From NCBI GenBank assembly GCA_051251915.1, contig JBPOGF010000005.1, positions 1 through 64,000 on the forward strand: a DNA stretch of 64,000 nt, read 5' to 3'. Below the pieces are notes generated by a model. That model worked only from the letters and a program-made list of their open reading frames with translations. It ran no database searches and had not been told where the DNA came from. The first letter of the stretch is position 1, and each line of letters opens with the position of its first letter. The translations under genes were made by a program, and so were the position numbers. This document shows, in pieces, positions 49,228 to 60,109 of the stretch. This DNA comes from Akkermansiaceae bacterium. Lineage in GTDB: Bacteria > Verrucomicrobiota > Verrucomicrobiia > Verrucomicrobiales > Akkermansiaceae.

Positions 49228-51897
49228 ATGTCAGATGATCCACAAGAATTCACAAGCTTCGAAGCTCCGCCATTAGAGGAGCTCGATAATCTTTTAGCTG
49301 GTTATCAATTCGAGTCATTTATTGCGCAAGGTGGTATGGGTGCGGTGTATCTGGCGCGGCAGACGTCGCTTGATAGGTTAGTGGCGGTTAAGGTGTTACC
49401 GAGAGTTCTAGGTGAGGATGAGGAGTTCAGAAAGTCATTCCAGACTGAGGCTAAATTGATGGCTAAGCTGAATCATCCTAATCTTATTGGGATCTATGAT
49501 TTTGGGGATATTGACGGGATGCTCTATATTATTATGGAGTTCGTGAAGGGGAAATCTCTGCATCATTCAGCTCATGGGAAGGCGATCAAGCAGGAAACTG
49601 CTGTTGAGATCATCAGTGGAATTTGTTCTGGGCTAGCGGCTGCGCATAAGGAAGGCATTCTGCATCGTGACATTAAGCCGGCGAACATTCTACTGGGTAA
49701 GAGAGCGACTCCTAAGGTGGGAGATTTTGGACTGGCGAGGCCTAGTGGGATGACTGAGTCTGGTGTCATCTATGGTACGCCTGGGTATTCTGCGCCAGAG
49801 GTATTGGGTGCGCCTGAGAAGGTGGATAATAGAACTGATATTTTCGCTGTAGGGGTAATGTTTTATGAGCTTCTCACTGGTCATATGCCTGGTGATACAT
49901 ATGTTACAGTGACTGAGTATGCGGAGGCGGATGCGAGGTTTGACAAGATTATTCAAAAGGCGATTCATGCTGATATTGAGCAACGTCATGATTCAGCACA
50001 GGATTTTGCTGATGATATTAATGAAGTGTTGAACTCTCCTTCCTCGGCGAATCGGTTGCTTGTATCCTCTGGTGTGACGGCTCCTGTAAGAATATCTGTT
50101 CCAAGTGGTATGGGTGGAAATGGAGCGAGCCTGGCAGCTGGAGCTAAACGTCCATCAAGTATGGCTCCTACTTCAGTGGTATCGGTGAAGCAGCCTGTGG
50201 GTGGGGATTCTAAATTGATACGGAATATGGTCGTCATATTTTTGTTGATTGGTGCCATTTATGTGGTCTTGGAAATGAAGGAGACTAAAGAGGGGAAAAT
50301 GGCTGAGGAGCAGAAAGCCAACGATGCGGAATTTGAGAAGAATAAGAAGGAGAATGAAGCACGCAAAGCTGCACATATAAAGGAGAGCGAGGCTAGAGTG
50401 GTTGAGGGTGGATCTAGACCAAGGCCTCTAGAAACAACGGATACTGACTTCACTCCTGAGACTCCTGAGACACCAGCACCAGTTGAGGTGAAGCTTCCTC
50501 CACTTGAGGCACTGGAGAATGCTAAAGAATTTTTGAGTAATGGGGAGAGGCCTATGAGCATGATGCCTGATACTATTTTCATGCGTGACCAGGACTCTCG
50601 CATCATTATGTATGTGGATAAAGAAATGACTTGGGATGAAGCAGACACATGGGCCAGAGAGTATGGTGGCTATCTAGCGGTGTGTAGAACTAAGTCTGAT
50701 CTTAATTTATTCATGAAGCAAATTCCCGCAGACGCTGGTGATGTCTGGTTGGGTGCTGGGTGTAGTGGAGACAAAGGTTGGAGCTGGGTAGATGACACAC
50801 CATGGACAGATGCTGTCAGCATAAAACCTACTTATAACCGATCATTTGCTAAAGTATCTAAGTATGGATCTGTGGGTAAGACGAATGGAGATAAAAAGCT
50901 CACATTTTTCATTGAGTGGAGAGCGGACGGGACGAATCCTGCAGAATTAGAATATCGTTTACTGAGAACTAGCGACACACTCACGGACATCAATCCTAAA
51001 TACCCGGCAGGCACGATCACCGTAGGGGCAAGAAATTATTGTATTGTTAAGACTCCCGTGACGCATTCAGAGGCATCTGATTTCGCGATAGCTTCTGGTG
51101 GTCATCTCATCGCTATCTCAAATGACGATGAGAAATATGAGGTGGAGGCAATGATAGCGAAGTATTGCAAACCAGGAGATGCTATATGGACTGCGGGCGA
51201 GAAAGATGGTAACGACTGGGTATGGCAGACTGGGGAGAAATGGCTGGATCTTCCTTGGGTACCCTCTCATCCTAAGAGTTCGAAGTATGTGGTTATCTCT
51301 GCTGGGAACGAACTGATGATTAAGGACTCGTTTGCGTCTAAGAAGGCGGATGGCTTCATCATTGAGTGGAGTAAAGATAAGTCTAGAGTGAAAGTCGAGG
51401 GGATGGATGATATTGATGTTACTTCACCTGGAGTAAGCAATGGGCTTAGCTCTCTGAAAAGTAAGGCCAAGCTGCTGGTTTCAAAACAGCGTGCGGTCAC
51501 TGAGAAGAAACATGCCTTTAATGTGAAAAAGCTCAGGATCGATTTAGAAACATACATGCGTGGACTTTCACAAAATGTAAAAGCGGCTGAAGCTGTGAGC
51601 ATTGATAAAATCATTCTTATGGTGAAAGATCAACCGCGTGTGCCGCTATCAATTGCTGGTCAGGGGTCATCAGAAAGAGCCAGAGATTACACAAATTATG
51701 CGGTGGAGAAGCAGGCTAGGATTGACCTAGATCATAACGCGCAAATTGAACTACTGAGAACTGGCTACATCAAGCAGCTCCTCATGCTAAAACAAGACAT
51801 GGAGAATAAAGGACAGTCTGATGCAGTGAATTCTATCCTGCAAGAAGCGAGAAATATTGGTGATAGTGTGGCGGAATTTGAGGAATATTTTAAGTAA
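49228..51897 (+). CDS. membrane Ser/Thr protein kinase with two C-type lectin-like domains
   Basis: GGMGAVY, VAVK, HRDIKPAN, DFGLA, GTPGYSAPE; TM; two GG[YH]L...W.W..W...FIIEW domains. Confidence 0.9.
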   Translation: MSDDPQEFTSFEAPPLEELDNLLAGYQFESFIAQGGMGAVYLARQTSLDRLVAVKVLPRVLGEDEEFRKSFQTEAKLMAKLNHPNLIGIYDFGDIDGMLYIIMEFVKGKSLHHSAHGKAIKQETAVEIISGICSGLAAAHKEGILHRDIKPANILLGKRATPKVGDFGLARPSGMTESGVIYGTPGYSAPEVLGAPEKVDNRTDIFAVGVMFYELLTGHMPGDTYVTVTEYAEADARFDKIIQKAIHADIEQRHDSAQDFADDINEVLNSPSSANRLLVSSGVTAPVRISVPSGMGGNGASLAAGAKRPSSMAPTSVVSVKQPVGGDSKLIRNMVVIFLLIGAIYVVLEMKETKEGKMAEEQKANDAEFEKNKKENEARKAAHIKESEARVVEGGSRPRPLETTDTDFTPETPETPAPVEVKLPPLEALENAKEFLSNGERPMSMMPDTIFMRDQDSRIIMYVDKEMTWDEADTWAREYGGYLAVCRTKSDLNLFMKQIPADAGDVWLGAGCSGDKGWSWVDDTPWTDAVSIKPTYNRSFAKVSKYGSVGKTNGDKKLTFFIEWRADGTNPAELEYRLLRTSDTLTDINPKYPAGTITVGARNYCIVKTPVTHSEASDFAIASGGHLIAISNDDEKYEVEAMIAKYCKPGDAIWTAGEKDGNDWVWQTGEKWLDLPWVPSHPKSSKYVVISAGNELMIKDSFASKKADGFIIEWSKDKSRVKVEGMDDIDVTSPGVSNGLSSLKSKAKLLVSKQRAVTEKKHAFNVKKLRIDLETYMRGLSQNVKAAEAVSIDKIILMVKDQPRVPLSIAGQGSSERARDYTNYAVEKQARIDLDHNAQIELLRTGYIKQLLMLKQDMENKGQSDAVNSILQEARNIGDSVAEFEEYFK

Positions 51898-51949
51898 TAC
51901 CAGTCCGCCATTTGTCTAATTTGTTTCACTACTTTGCATAAGAAAGTGT

Positions 51950-53167
51950 CTAAGTGAACTTTCTCTGTTTCTCGTATACTAGTAGCGGGTCTGCTGGCTC
52001 GCGTTCACCACAGGTGCGGGAGACTAGCTTGTCCCAGACATCTGCACCGCTGAGGATGTCCACTTCTATTCTTAAGAAGTAAACTTCTACATCGAGTTCA
52101 GTAGGCCTTAGGAATCTAACGGCATCTTTTTCAGTGGTAACAATGAAGTCTGCATCTCGTCTCATGCAGCGGGTCATGAAGCGGTCAATGTCATCTTGGG
52201 AGAAAGAGTAGTGATCTGAGAAGGTGCGGTGGAATAGGACTTTTGCTCCTAGGTCTGTGAGTTTCTCTTCAAAGCTTTCAGGGACAGCAATGCCGCTAAT
52301 GGCGGCGAGATATTTATCTTTGAGAAAACTTAGAGGTTGAATCTCACCGGTGAAGACATTTTCTAGATGCACGGGGCCATGTGTGCATTCGATGATCTCA
52401 GCCACTTTATTGTGTTTGCGGATCTTTTTGATCAGCTCTTTATTGTGCGGTTTTCTGCATTTAGTAATGAAAATATAATCCGCTCTGCATAAGTTTCTAG
52501 GAGGCTCTCTGAGTGTTCCTCTGGGCATCATTGTCCCGGTTCCGAATGGGCTGTTAGAGTCCACTAGGACGATGTCTATACTGTGGGCAATTTTTAGAAA
52601 CTGCATACCGTCATCGAGTAATAGAATATCCGCGTCGAGTTCTTGGATGGCAAATTTTCCGCCCTTCACTCTGTCTTTATCTACGACTACAGAAACATCG
52701 TCTAGATTCTTCGCTAGCATGTAGGGTTCATCACCGGCGTATTGTACTTCTAGTTTTACTCCTTGGCCACAGCTCACCACTTTTGGCATTTCTTCTTCTT
52801 CGATGATCTCGCCATTTTCTTTTCTACGCCACTCCTGTGGAGTCTCTAAGGGTTTGCTTTTGTAGCCTCGGCTTAGGATTGAAACTTTTCTGCCTCTATC
52901 ACGAAGAGTGCGGGCAAACAATTCTACAACTGGTGTCTTACCGGTACCACCCATCGTTATATTACCGATGCTGATCACCATGGTTCCTAGATGAGCTTGT
53001 TTCTTCCAGCCTCGTTTGAATAGGTTTAATCGTAGTGAGACTAGCCCTCTAAAGATCCATGATAAACCACGTAAAAATACGCGCATAAGACTAGCGCGTA
53101 ATCCCTTAGCTCTGCCAAAGATCACGTCTTCTCCCCATTGTTCAAATTCTTTTGATCTTTCACTCAT
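51950..53167 (-). CDS. lpxK: tetraacyldisaccharide 4'-kinase
   Basis: GNITMGGTGKTP, SRGY, GDEP, DDGMQ, GTLREP, TTEKDAV. Confidence 0.96.
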   Translation of the reverse strand: MSERSKEFEQWGEDVIFGRAKGLRASLMRVFLRGLSWIFRGLVSLRLNLFKRGWKKQAHLGTMVISIGNITMGGTGKTPVVELFARTLRDRGRKVSILSRGYKSKPLETPQEWRRKENGEIIEEEEMPKVVSCGQGVKLEVQYAGDEPYMLAKNLDDVSVVVDKDRVKGGKFAIQELDADILLLDDGMQFLKIAHSIDIVLVDSNSPFGTGTMMPRGTLREPPRNLCRADYIFITKCRKPHNKELIKKIRKHNKVAEIIECTHGPVHLENVFTGEIQPLSFLKDKYLAAISGIAVPESFEEKLTDLGAKVLFHRTFSDHYSFSQDDIDRFMTRCMRRDADFIVTTEKDAVRFLRPTELDVEVYFLRIEVDILSGADVWDKLVSRTCGEREPADPLLVYEKQRKFT

Positions 53168-53465
53168 GCGCCATCAATATGTGTAAGCTATTTTCAGTTG
53201 ATTGCCAGATTTTATGTATGATTATGTTCGTATCAGCACTCTGAGGGCATTCATCAAGCCTGTGAGCTGAATAAAATTGCATAAAAAATCAAGGTTTTGT
53301 CTAGTCTTCTCTAAAAAATTTGACATAAATTGCATTTGAAATCATCAGATTATGGGGTAAATTCATTGGGTTATGGATCTAATCAGTTTAGGTTCTATGT
53401 TTTTATGGTCATTTTAACGTTTATATTTAATTTTAAAAAAATTTAAACTTTTTTAAAATATAAAG

Positions 53466-53494
53466 TTGACAAGAATGTCATAAGTTATTAAAAA
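53466..53494 (+). promoter_or_regulatory. putative sigma70 promoter of the amidase gene
   Basis: TTGACA-N17-TAAAAA in an AT-rich spacer; TGACA-agaa-TGTCA inverted repeat overlaps the -35. Confidence 0.4.
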
Positions 53495-53557
53495 TATGCC
53501 TGTAATAGATAAATTCATCTCCCCTGTATCCTCAACCCAAGCTCACCACATGCACAA

Positions 53558-54181
53558 ATGAACAAATTCCAGAAAACAATTGCTTGCCTGCTTACCATTG
53601 TGGCTACTTCTGTAGTTTCTCAAGCGGGGAAATTCAGAACAGTGGTCATTGACCCTGGTCATGGTGGAAAAGACAACGGAGGCAGCTACGGTCGCGTTTA
53701 TGAAAAACACCTAGCTCTAGATACTTCACTCAGAGTAGATTACCTACTACGCAAAAAAGGCTATAGCACACGCCTCACACGGACTAGCGATGTATTCATC
53801 TCACTTACTAAGCGAGCTGAAATTGGGAATCGCTACAGTAACTCAATCTTCGTGTCGATTCACTACAACTATACCTATAATAAAGCGATCTCTGGCCTAG
53901 AGACTTTCTACTACTCAAGCCGTTCTAAGCCACTAGCTGGCTATATTCAGTCAGGAATGCTTAGAAGATATGGAGCTCATAGCCGCGGTGTTAAATATGC
54001 AAGGTATGCTGTTCTAAGAAGAGCAGAAAACCCAGCCGCGCTTGTAGAGTGTGGTTTTGTGAGTAACTATTCAGAAAGAAAGCGTTGTATGCAAGGCTGG
54101 TATAGGCAGAAGATGGCTGAAGGCATCGTGGATGGCATCGTGAATTACCAGAATGCCAGACGCCGAGGCTACGCTAGATAA
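53558..54181 (+). CDS. N-acetylmuramoyl-L-alanine amidase (Amidase_3)
   Basis: IDPGHGG, EK..AL, FVSIH.N, LVECGF. Confidence 0.93.
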   Translation: MNKFQKTIACLLTIVATSVVSQAGKFRTVVIDPGHGGKDNGGSYGRVYEKHLALDTSLRVDYLLRKKGYSTRLTRTSDVFISLTKRAEIGNRYSNSIFVSIHYNYTYNKAISGLETFYYSSRSKPLAGYIQSGMLRRYGAHSRGVKYARYAVLRRAENPAALVECGFVSNYSERKRCMQGWYRQKMAEGIVDGIVNYQNARRRGYAR

Positions 54182-54214
54182 GTTTTATTAAGTCACCTAA
54201 TATCCCCCTCTCAG

Positions 54215-54250
54215 AGCCAGTAGATTCGTTCTACTGGCTTTGTGTGTTTC
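54215..54250 (+). terminator. rho-independent terminator
   Basis: AGCCAGTAGA/TCTACTGGCT stem plus T-rich tail. Confidence 0.65.
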
Positions 54251-54314
54251 GGGTTCTAGCAGCTTTCCTAAAAGTCCAATTGCCAAACGATCACTGAAGG
54301 TTTAGGTAATCAGT

Positions 54315-57300
54315 GTGCCAAAGAAGAAAATAGCAAAAAAAGTAGCTAAGAAAGCAGTAGCTAGAAAAGCAACGAAGAAGGTCGCCAAAAAAGCAGCTAA
54401 GAAAACAGCAAAAGGCAAAGCTGCTAAGGCTAAGGCGACCGTTGATCGATTACCGGCTAGTGCTCATTCTATAAATATCTTTGGGGCGAAGCAGCACAAT
54501 CTGAAGGATCTAACCCTTTCTATTCCTCATGGTGAGTTTACTGTGATTACTGGGCCGTCTGGGTCTGGCAAGTCATCTTTGGCGTTTCATACACTTTATG
54601 CAGAGGGGCAGCGGCGTTATGTGGAGACGTTTTCTCCGTATGTGAGGCAATTTCTGGATAGGATGGATAAGCCTGTGGTGGATAGGATTGATAATATTCC
54701 GCCGGCGATTGCGGTGGAGCAGAAGAATAATATTAGGACGACGCGTTCTACGGTGGGGACGCTGACGGAGTTGAATGATTATTTGAAGGTGATTTTTCCG
54801 AAATTGGCGCGGGCTTATGATCCTAATAATGGGAGAGAGATCAAGCCGGATAGTCCTGCTAGTATCATTGGTGATTTGTTAGAAAACCATGGGGATGTGA
54901 ATGCGCTGATTACTTTTAGTATTCCTGCACCGAGTAATTCTTCTATTGAGGAGATTTTTGTGATGTTGGAGCAGCAGGGTTATTTGCGTATTCTGGTAGA
55001 TGGGAAGATGCAGCGGACTGATGAGGTTCCGGGGATGAAGAAGTTTACGGGGAAGGAGATTGAGGTTATTCAGGACCGAGTAAAACTTAGCTCTAGAAAT
55101 AGGGCGAGGTTGCATGAGGCGATAGAGGCGGCGCTTTCTAATGGGAAAGGGAATGTGATGGTTGTTTGTGATGAGGTGGTGAGGAAGTATTCTACTAACT
55201 GGACGAATCCTGAGACTGGGTTTACGCTGGCGGCGCCGACTGCGGCGCATTTCTCATTTAACTCACCGATTGGGGCGTGTGAGGACTGTCGTGGTTTTGG
55301 GAAGGTGATAGGGATTGATCTTCATAAGGCGATCCAGGATCCATCTCTGTCGTTGAAGCGTGGGGCGGTGAAGCCGTTTCAGACTGCGCGTGGTGAGGAC
55401 TGTCAGCGTGATATGCTGAATGCTGCGAAGGCGGCTGGTGTCCCGACTACGACGCCGTGGCATGAGCTGACGAAGAGCCAGCAGAACTGGGTGATCCAGG
55501 GTGAGAATGGTGATGCGGATGAACTGTGGCGAAGTGGTCAGTGGTATGGTGTGCGTGGTTTTTTTGACTGGATGGAGAGCAAGGCATATAAAATGCATGT
55601 GCGGGTTTTTCTGGCGAATTATAGGGCATATACGGATTGTAAGTCATGTGATGGGACTCGGCTGAAGCCTTATGCGCAGTGTTTTTTCCTCAACAATAAG
55701 ACCTTGCCTGAGTTGTGGCAGCTTCCGCTGACGGAGTTGAAGGATTTCTTTGATGCGATTCCTACGGAGCAGCCGAATAGTTCTACGAAGCATGCTCTGA
55801 CGGAGATAAAGGCGAGGCTTCATTATTTGAATGAGGTGGGGCTTGGTTATCTGACATTGGATCGTCCAGCGAGGACGTTGTCTGGGGGTGAGATAGAGAG
55901 GGTGAATCTGACGACCTGTCTGGGTGCGGCGCTTACGAATACTTTATTTGTATTGGATGAGCCTACTGTTGGGTTGCATTCTCAGGATATACATCGGTTG
56001 ATCAAGGTGATGCATGATCTGCGGGATAAGGGGAATACTGTGGTGGTGGTGGAGCATGAGGAGGCGGTGATGAAGTCTGCGGATAATTTGATAGATATAG
56101 GGCCGAGGGCTGGGGAGCAGGGGGGGAACATTGTGGCTCAGGTTTCTAATCTAGGAGCTAAGAATCTGTCTAAGGAGCATCCAGAGTCTTTGACGGTGAA
56201 GTATTTGACTGGGGAGAAGTCTATTCCGGTTCCGGCTAGGCGTAGGAAGTCAAAAACTTATCTCACGATCACTGGTGCTCATCAGCATAACATTAAGGAT
56301 CTGAGTGTGAAGTTGCCGATTGGTATTATTACCTGTTTGACTGGGCTTTCTGGATCTGGGAAGTCTACGTTGGCGAATGATATTATTTATAACAACATTT
56401 TGGATCATCTTCATTTGCCGACTGAGACTCCGCCGGCATTTATCAAGAAGCTGGCTGGGATTCAGCATATTGGTGCTGTGGAGCGGATAGATCAGTCACC
56501 GTTGACGCGGACTCCGCGGTCAACGCCGGCGGTGTATTCTGGGGCTTTTGATGCGGTGCGTGAGTTGTTTGCCAGCCAGCAGACTACTCAGTTGAAGCCG
56601 GGGTATTTCTCCTTTAACTCTGGGGCTGGGCGTTGTGAGCGCTGTATGGGGAATGGATTTGAGAAGGTGGAGATGCAGTTTCTGAGTGATCTTTACATTA
56701 CCTGTCCTGAGTGTGAGGGTTCACGCTATGGGAGAAGTGCGCTGAAATATACGTATTTGGGGCTGAACATTGCGGAGACGCTGAAGCTTACTGTGACTGA
56801 GGCGTTGTGTCATTTCTTGCCTGTGGATGGGGATAGTGGGAAGGTGAGGAACCAGAAGAATAAGATTCAGCGCGCGCTTCAGCCGTTGTTGGATGTGGGG
56901 CTGGGGTATCTCCGACTGGGGCAGCCGCTGAATACGTTATCTGGTGGTGAGTCTCAGCGTATTAAGCTGTGTCAACTGCTGGCTAAGGCGAAGCCGAAGG
57001 GTTCTGAGGTGCAGGAGTCTACTTTATTGATTCTGGATGAGCCTACGACTGGGCTTCATTTTACTGATATTGAGAAGTTGCTGGAGGTGTTTCATACGTT
57101 GGCAGATACGGGGCATACGTTGTTGATTATTGAGCATAATCTTGATGTGATTCGCTCTGCTGATCATATCATTGATCTTGGTCCTGGGGCTGGGACTGAT
57201 GGTGGGAATATTACTTTTACGGGGACACCGGAGCAGCTTGCTAAGCAGGGGTCCCCATCTGGTATTGCGTTGAATGTGGTGGAGCCGATGAGTGAGGTAG

Positions 57301-59900
57301 TGGTTTCTAGGGGTGGAGGGAAGTTGGCTGGTGGGAACTCGATTCATTTGTTTGGGGCGCGTGAGAATAACTTGAAGAATATTGATTTATCGATTCCTCG
57401 TGATGAGTTGGTGTGTATTACTGGGTTGTCTGGTTCTGGGAAATCTACGATTGCGTTTGATATTATTTTTGCTGAGGGTCAGCGACGTTTCTTGGACTCG
57501 ATGTCTCCGTATGCGCGGCAGTTTGCGGGGCAGATGGAGAAGCCGGATATTGATAAGATTACTGGGTTGCCACCGACTGTGGCTATTGAGCAGCGGGTGT
57601 CTAGGGGTGGTGGGAAGTCTACTGTGGGGACGGTTACGGAGATTTATCATTTCTTGAGATTGCTGTATGCTAAGTTGGGGACGCAGCATTGTCCGGTGAG
57701 TGGGCTGGCGGTAGTTTCGCAGACATTGGAGGCGATTCATGGGCAGATAGATGAGGTGCTGAAGGCGGATAAGAAGGCGTTGCTTTTGGTGCCGTTGGTG
57801 ATAGCTAAGAAGGGTTACCATACGGATATAGTGGCGGCGGCGGAGCGTCATGGGATCACTGAGGTGATTGCTGATGGTAAGCTGATGAAGACGGCAGATT
57901 TCACTCCGTTGGCACGCTATAAGGAGCATGATATTTATGCGGTGCATCCTAGTGGGAGCATTCATTACACGGAGGCGGCTCTTAAGTTGGGCAGTGATCG
58001 GTGTGCTATAGCGAAGGTAGCGAATAAGAGGGCGGTGGAGATAACGAATTACTCGACGAGTAGGGTGTCATTGGCGACTGGGAAGTCTTTTGAGGAGCCT
58101 GATCCGCATCATTTCTCGTTCAACTCACCGCGGGGGTGGTGTAAGGAATGTAGAGGGTATGGGACAGTAGTGGATGCTCCTCCGGCGAGGAAGAAGCGTA
58201 AGAAGGCGAATGAATTTAATTCTGAGGCTGAGGCTGAAATCCACCAGGAACTGGCGCATTCTAAAGATAAGGATGCGGTGCGGATTCTTTGTCCTGAGTG
58301 TGAGGGGGCGCGTCTGCGTGAGGAGTCTCGGCATATTTTGATAGAGGGTTTATCTATATCTGCGGTGACGGCTAATCCTGTTAGTGATGCGATTGAGTTG
58401 CTGGAGAAATGGGATTTTGCGGGGCGGGATAAGTTGATAGCGCGTGATATACTGCCGGAGATTATCCAGCGGTTGGAGTTTTTGCAGAAGGTGGGTTTGG
58501 ATTATTTATCGATTGATAGGTCGGCGGATACGCTGAGTGGTGGGGAGTCGCAGAGGATTCGTCTGGCGGCGCAGTTGGGGTCGAATTTAACGGGGGTTTT
58601 GTATATCTTGGATGAGCCTACGATAGGCTTGCACCCGCGGGATAATGTGCAGCTTTTGGATACGCTTGAGACGCTGAGGGAGAAGGGGAATTCTCTGTTG
58701 GTGGTGGAGCATGATGATGAGACGATGGCGCGTGCTGATACGCTTCTCCATGTGGGTCCTGGTGCAGGTAAGGAGGGTGGGGAGATAGTGACGGATAAGA
58801 AGCTGCAGATCAATGATCAGAAGTTGCCGGTTCCTCCGCGGAGGAGTATTCCTAAGGTGGGGGAGAAGGATGCGTGGTTGAAGGTGAATGGGTGCCACTA
58901 TAATAATCTAAGGGATATTAATGTGAGGATTTCTCTTGGCAGGCTTACTGTGATTACGGGGATTTCTGGTTGTGGTAAGTCATCGCTGATGCGTGGGACT
59001 ATTGCTAAGATTCCGACTGCTGGGACGAAGAAGGGGCAGAAGACGTCTACGCCGAATTATAAGTCTAAGAGTGGGTTTAATTTGGTGAAGTATACTTATG
59101 AGGTGGATCAGACTCCAATTGGGAAGACTTCTAGGTCTTGTCCGGCGACTTATGTTAAGATTTTTGATGATATCAGGAAGTTGATGGCGCAGATTCCTGA
59201 GGCTAGGATGCGTGGTTATACGGCATCTCGGTTCTCGTTTAATAATGCTGAGGGGCAGTGTCCAGACTGTAAGGGGAATGGGCGGATTAAGCTGGAGATG
59301 GACTTTTTACCGACCACTTACATTCCTTGTGAGGCTTGTGATGAGATGCGGTATAATCCTGCGACGTTGGAGATTAGGTATAATGGGTTGAACATTGGAG
59401 ATATTTTGAGGCTTTCGATAGGGGAGGCGGCTGAGTTTTTCACGAATCATGCGAAGCTTTCACGGACTTTGACGCTGCTGAATGATACGGGTCTGGGATA
59501 TCTGCAGTTGGGGCAGCCTAGTCCGACATTGAGTGGTGGTGAGGCGCAGCGGATAAAGCTGGTGGCTGAGCTGACGAAGGGGCGCGCGAATATTAGGAAT
59601 GTGGGGGTTCAGGATAAGAATTTGTATTTGATTGAGGAGCCTACGATTGGTTTGCATGCTCAGGATGTGAATAAGCTAATTGATGTGTTGCATCGGTTGG
59701 TGGATGAGGGGCATACGGTGGTGATAGTGGAGCATCATACTACGATTATGGCGCAGGCGGATTATCTGATAGATATGGGGCCTGAGGCTGGTGATGAGGG
59801 TGGGACTATTGTTGTGCAAGGGAAGCCTGAGGCGGTGGTGAAGTGTAAGGAGTCTAGGACGGGGCCTTATATTGAGCAGGCGTTGGGGGAGTTGGAGTAA
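54315..59900 (+). CDS. uvrA: excinuclease ABC subunit A, double-length (tandem-fused) form
   Basis: Four Walker A (G.SG.GKS) and four LSGGE signatures, Zn fingers, YAEGQRRY and FAEGQRRF. Confidence 0.96.
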   Translation: MPKKKIAKKVAKKAVARKATKKVAKKAAKKTAKGKAAKAKATVDRLPASAHSINIFGAKQHNLKDLTLSIPHGEFTVITGPSGSGKSSLAFHTLYAEGQRRYVETFSPYVRQFLDRMDKPVVDRIDNIPPAIAVEQKNNIRTTRSTVGTLTELNDYLKVIFPKLARAYDPNNGREIKPDSPASIIGDLLENHGDVNALITFSIPAPSNSSIEEIFVMLEQQGYLRILVDGKMQRTDEVPGMKKFTGKEIEVIQDRVKLSSRNRARLHEAIEAALSNGKGNVMVVCDEVVRKYSTNWTNPETGFTLAAPTAAHFSFNSPIGACEDCRGFGKVIGIDLHKAIQDPSLSLKRGAVKPFQTARGEDCQRDMLNAAKAAGVPTTTPWHELTKSQQNWVIQGENGDADELWRSGQWYGVRGFFDWMESKAYKMHVRVFLANYRAYTDCKSCDGTRLKPYAQCFFLNNKTLPELWQLPLTELKDFFDAIPTEQPNSSTKHALTEIKARLHYLNEVGLGYLTLDRPARTLSGGEIERVNLTTCLGAALTNTLFVLDEPTVGLHSQDIHRLIKVMHDLRDKGNTVVVVEHEEAVMKSADNLIDIGPRAGEQGGNIVAQVSNLGAKNLSKEHPESLTVKYLTGEKSIPVPARRRKSKTYLTITGAHQHNIKDLSVKLPIGIITCLTGLSGSGKSTLANDIIYNNILDHLHLPTETPPAFIKKLAGIQHIGAVERIDQSPLTRTPRSTPAVYSGAFDAVRELFASQQTTQLKPGYFSFNSGAGRCERCMGNGFEKVEMQFLSDLYITCPECEGSRYGRSALKYTYLGLNIAETLKLTVTEALCHFLPVDGDSGKVRNQKNKIQRALQPLLDVGLGYLRLGQPLNTLSGGESQRIKLCQLLAKAKPKGSEVQESTLLILDEPTTGLHFTDIEKLLEVFHTLADTGHTLLIIEHNLDVIRSADHIIDLGPGAGTDGGNITFTGTPEQLAKQGSPSGIALNVVEPMSEVVVSRGGGKLAGGNSIHLFGARENNLKNIDLSIPRDELVCITGLSGSGKSTIAFDIIFAEGQRRFLDSMSPYARQFAGQMEKPDIDKITGLPPTVAIEQRVSRGGGKSTVGTVTEIYHFLRLLYAKLGTQHCPVSGLAVVSQTLEAIHGQIDEVLKADKKALLLVPLVIAKKGYHTDIVAAAERHGITEVIADGKLMKTADFTPLARYKEHDIYAVHPSGSIHYTEAALKLGSDRCAIAKVANKRAVEITNYSTSRVSLATGKSFEEPDPHHFSFNSPRGWCKECRGYGTVVDAPPARKKRKKANEFNSEAEAEIHQELAHSKDKDAVRILCPECEGARLREESRHILIEGLSISAVTANPVSDAIELLEKWDFAGRDKLIARDILPEIIQRLEFLQKVGLDYLSIDRSADTLSGGESQRIRLAAQLGSNLTGVLYILDEPTIGLHPRDNVQLLDTLETLREKGNSLLVVEHDDETMARADTLLHVGPGAGKEGGEIVTDKKLQINDQKLPVPPRRSIPKVGEKDAWLKVNGCHYNNLRDINVRISLGRLTVITGISGCGKSSLMRGTIAKIPTAGTKKGQKTSTPNYKSKSGFNLVKYTYEVDQTPIGKTSRSCPATYVKIFDDIRKLMAQIPEARMRGYTASRFSFNNAEGQCPDCKGNGRIKLEMDFLPTTYIPCEACDEMRYNPATLEIRYNGLNIGDILRLSIGEAAEFFTNHAKLSRTLTLLNDTGLGYLQLGQPSPTLSGGEAQRIKLVAELTKGRANIRNVGVQDKNLYLIEEPTIGLHAQDVNKLIDVLHRLVDEGHTVVIVEHHTTIMAQADYLIDMGPEAGDEGGTIVVQGKPEAVVKCKESRTGPYIEQALGELE

Positions 59901-59920
59901 ATTAGGAATTAGGAATTAGG
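59900..59920 (+). repeat. heptamer tandem repeat (AATTAGG)x3
   Basis: Directly after the uvrA stop. Confidence 0.7.
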
Positions 59921-60076
59921 ATATCTCACTTGAGGCATTATTCTAAAGAGGTTGTTTACGAGGGTTTGAGAGTTAGAAATCCTTTTCACTTCATTTGCTA
60001 CAGGGTTATTGACGAGAATATTTTAGAGGTAGTCTGGATTCTTAGAGAAGAAGTGGATTTTGGCAGGCATTTATAG
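59921..60076 (+). pseudogene. 5'-truncated ParE/RelE toxin remnant
   Basis: Hand translation ...YEGLRVRNPFHFICYRVIDENILEVVWILREEVDFGRHL*, resembling the ParE C-terminus (HxIFYR..IExxRILHxxMDxxRHL). Confidence 0.65.
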
Positions 60077-60109
60077 TGAGTGCACTAGGATGTGTTCCCG
60101 TTCTTCTTC

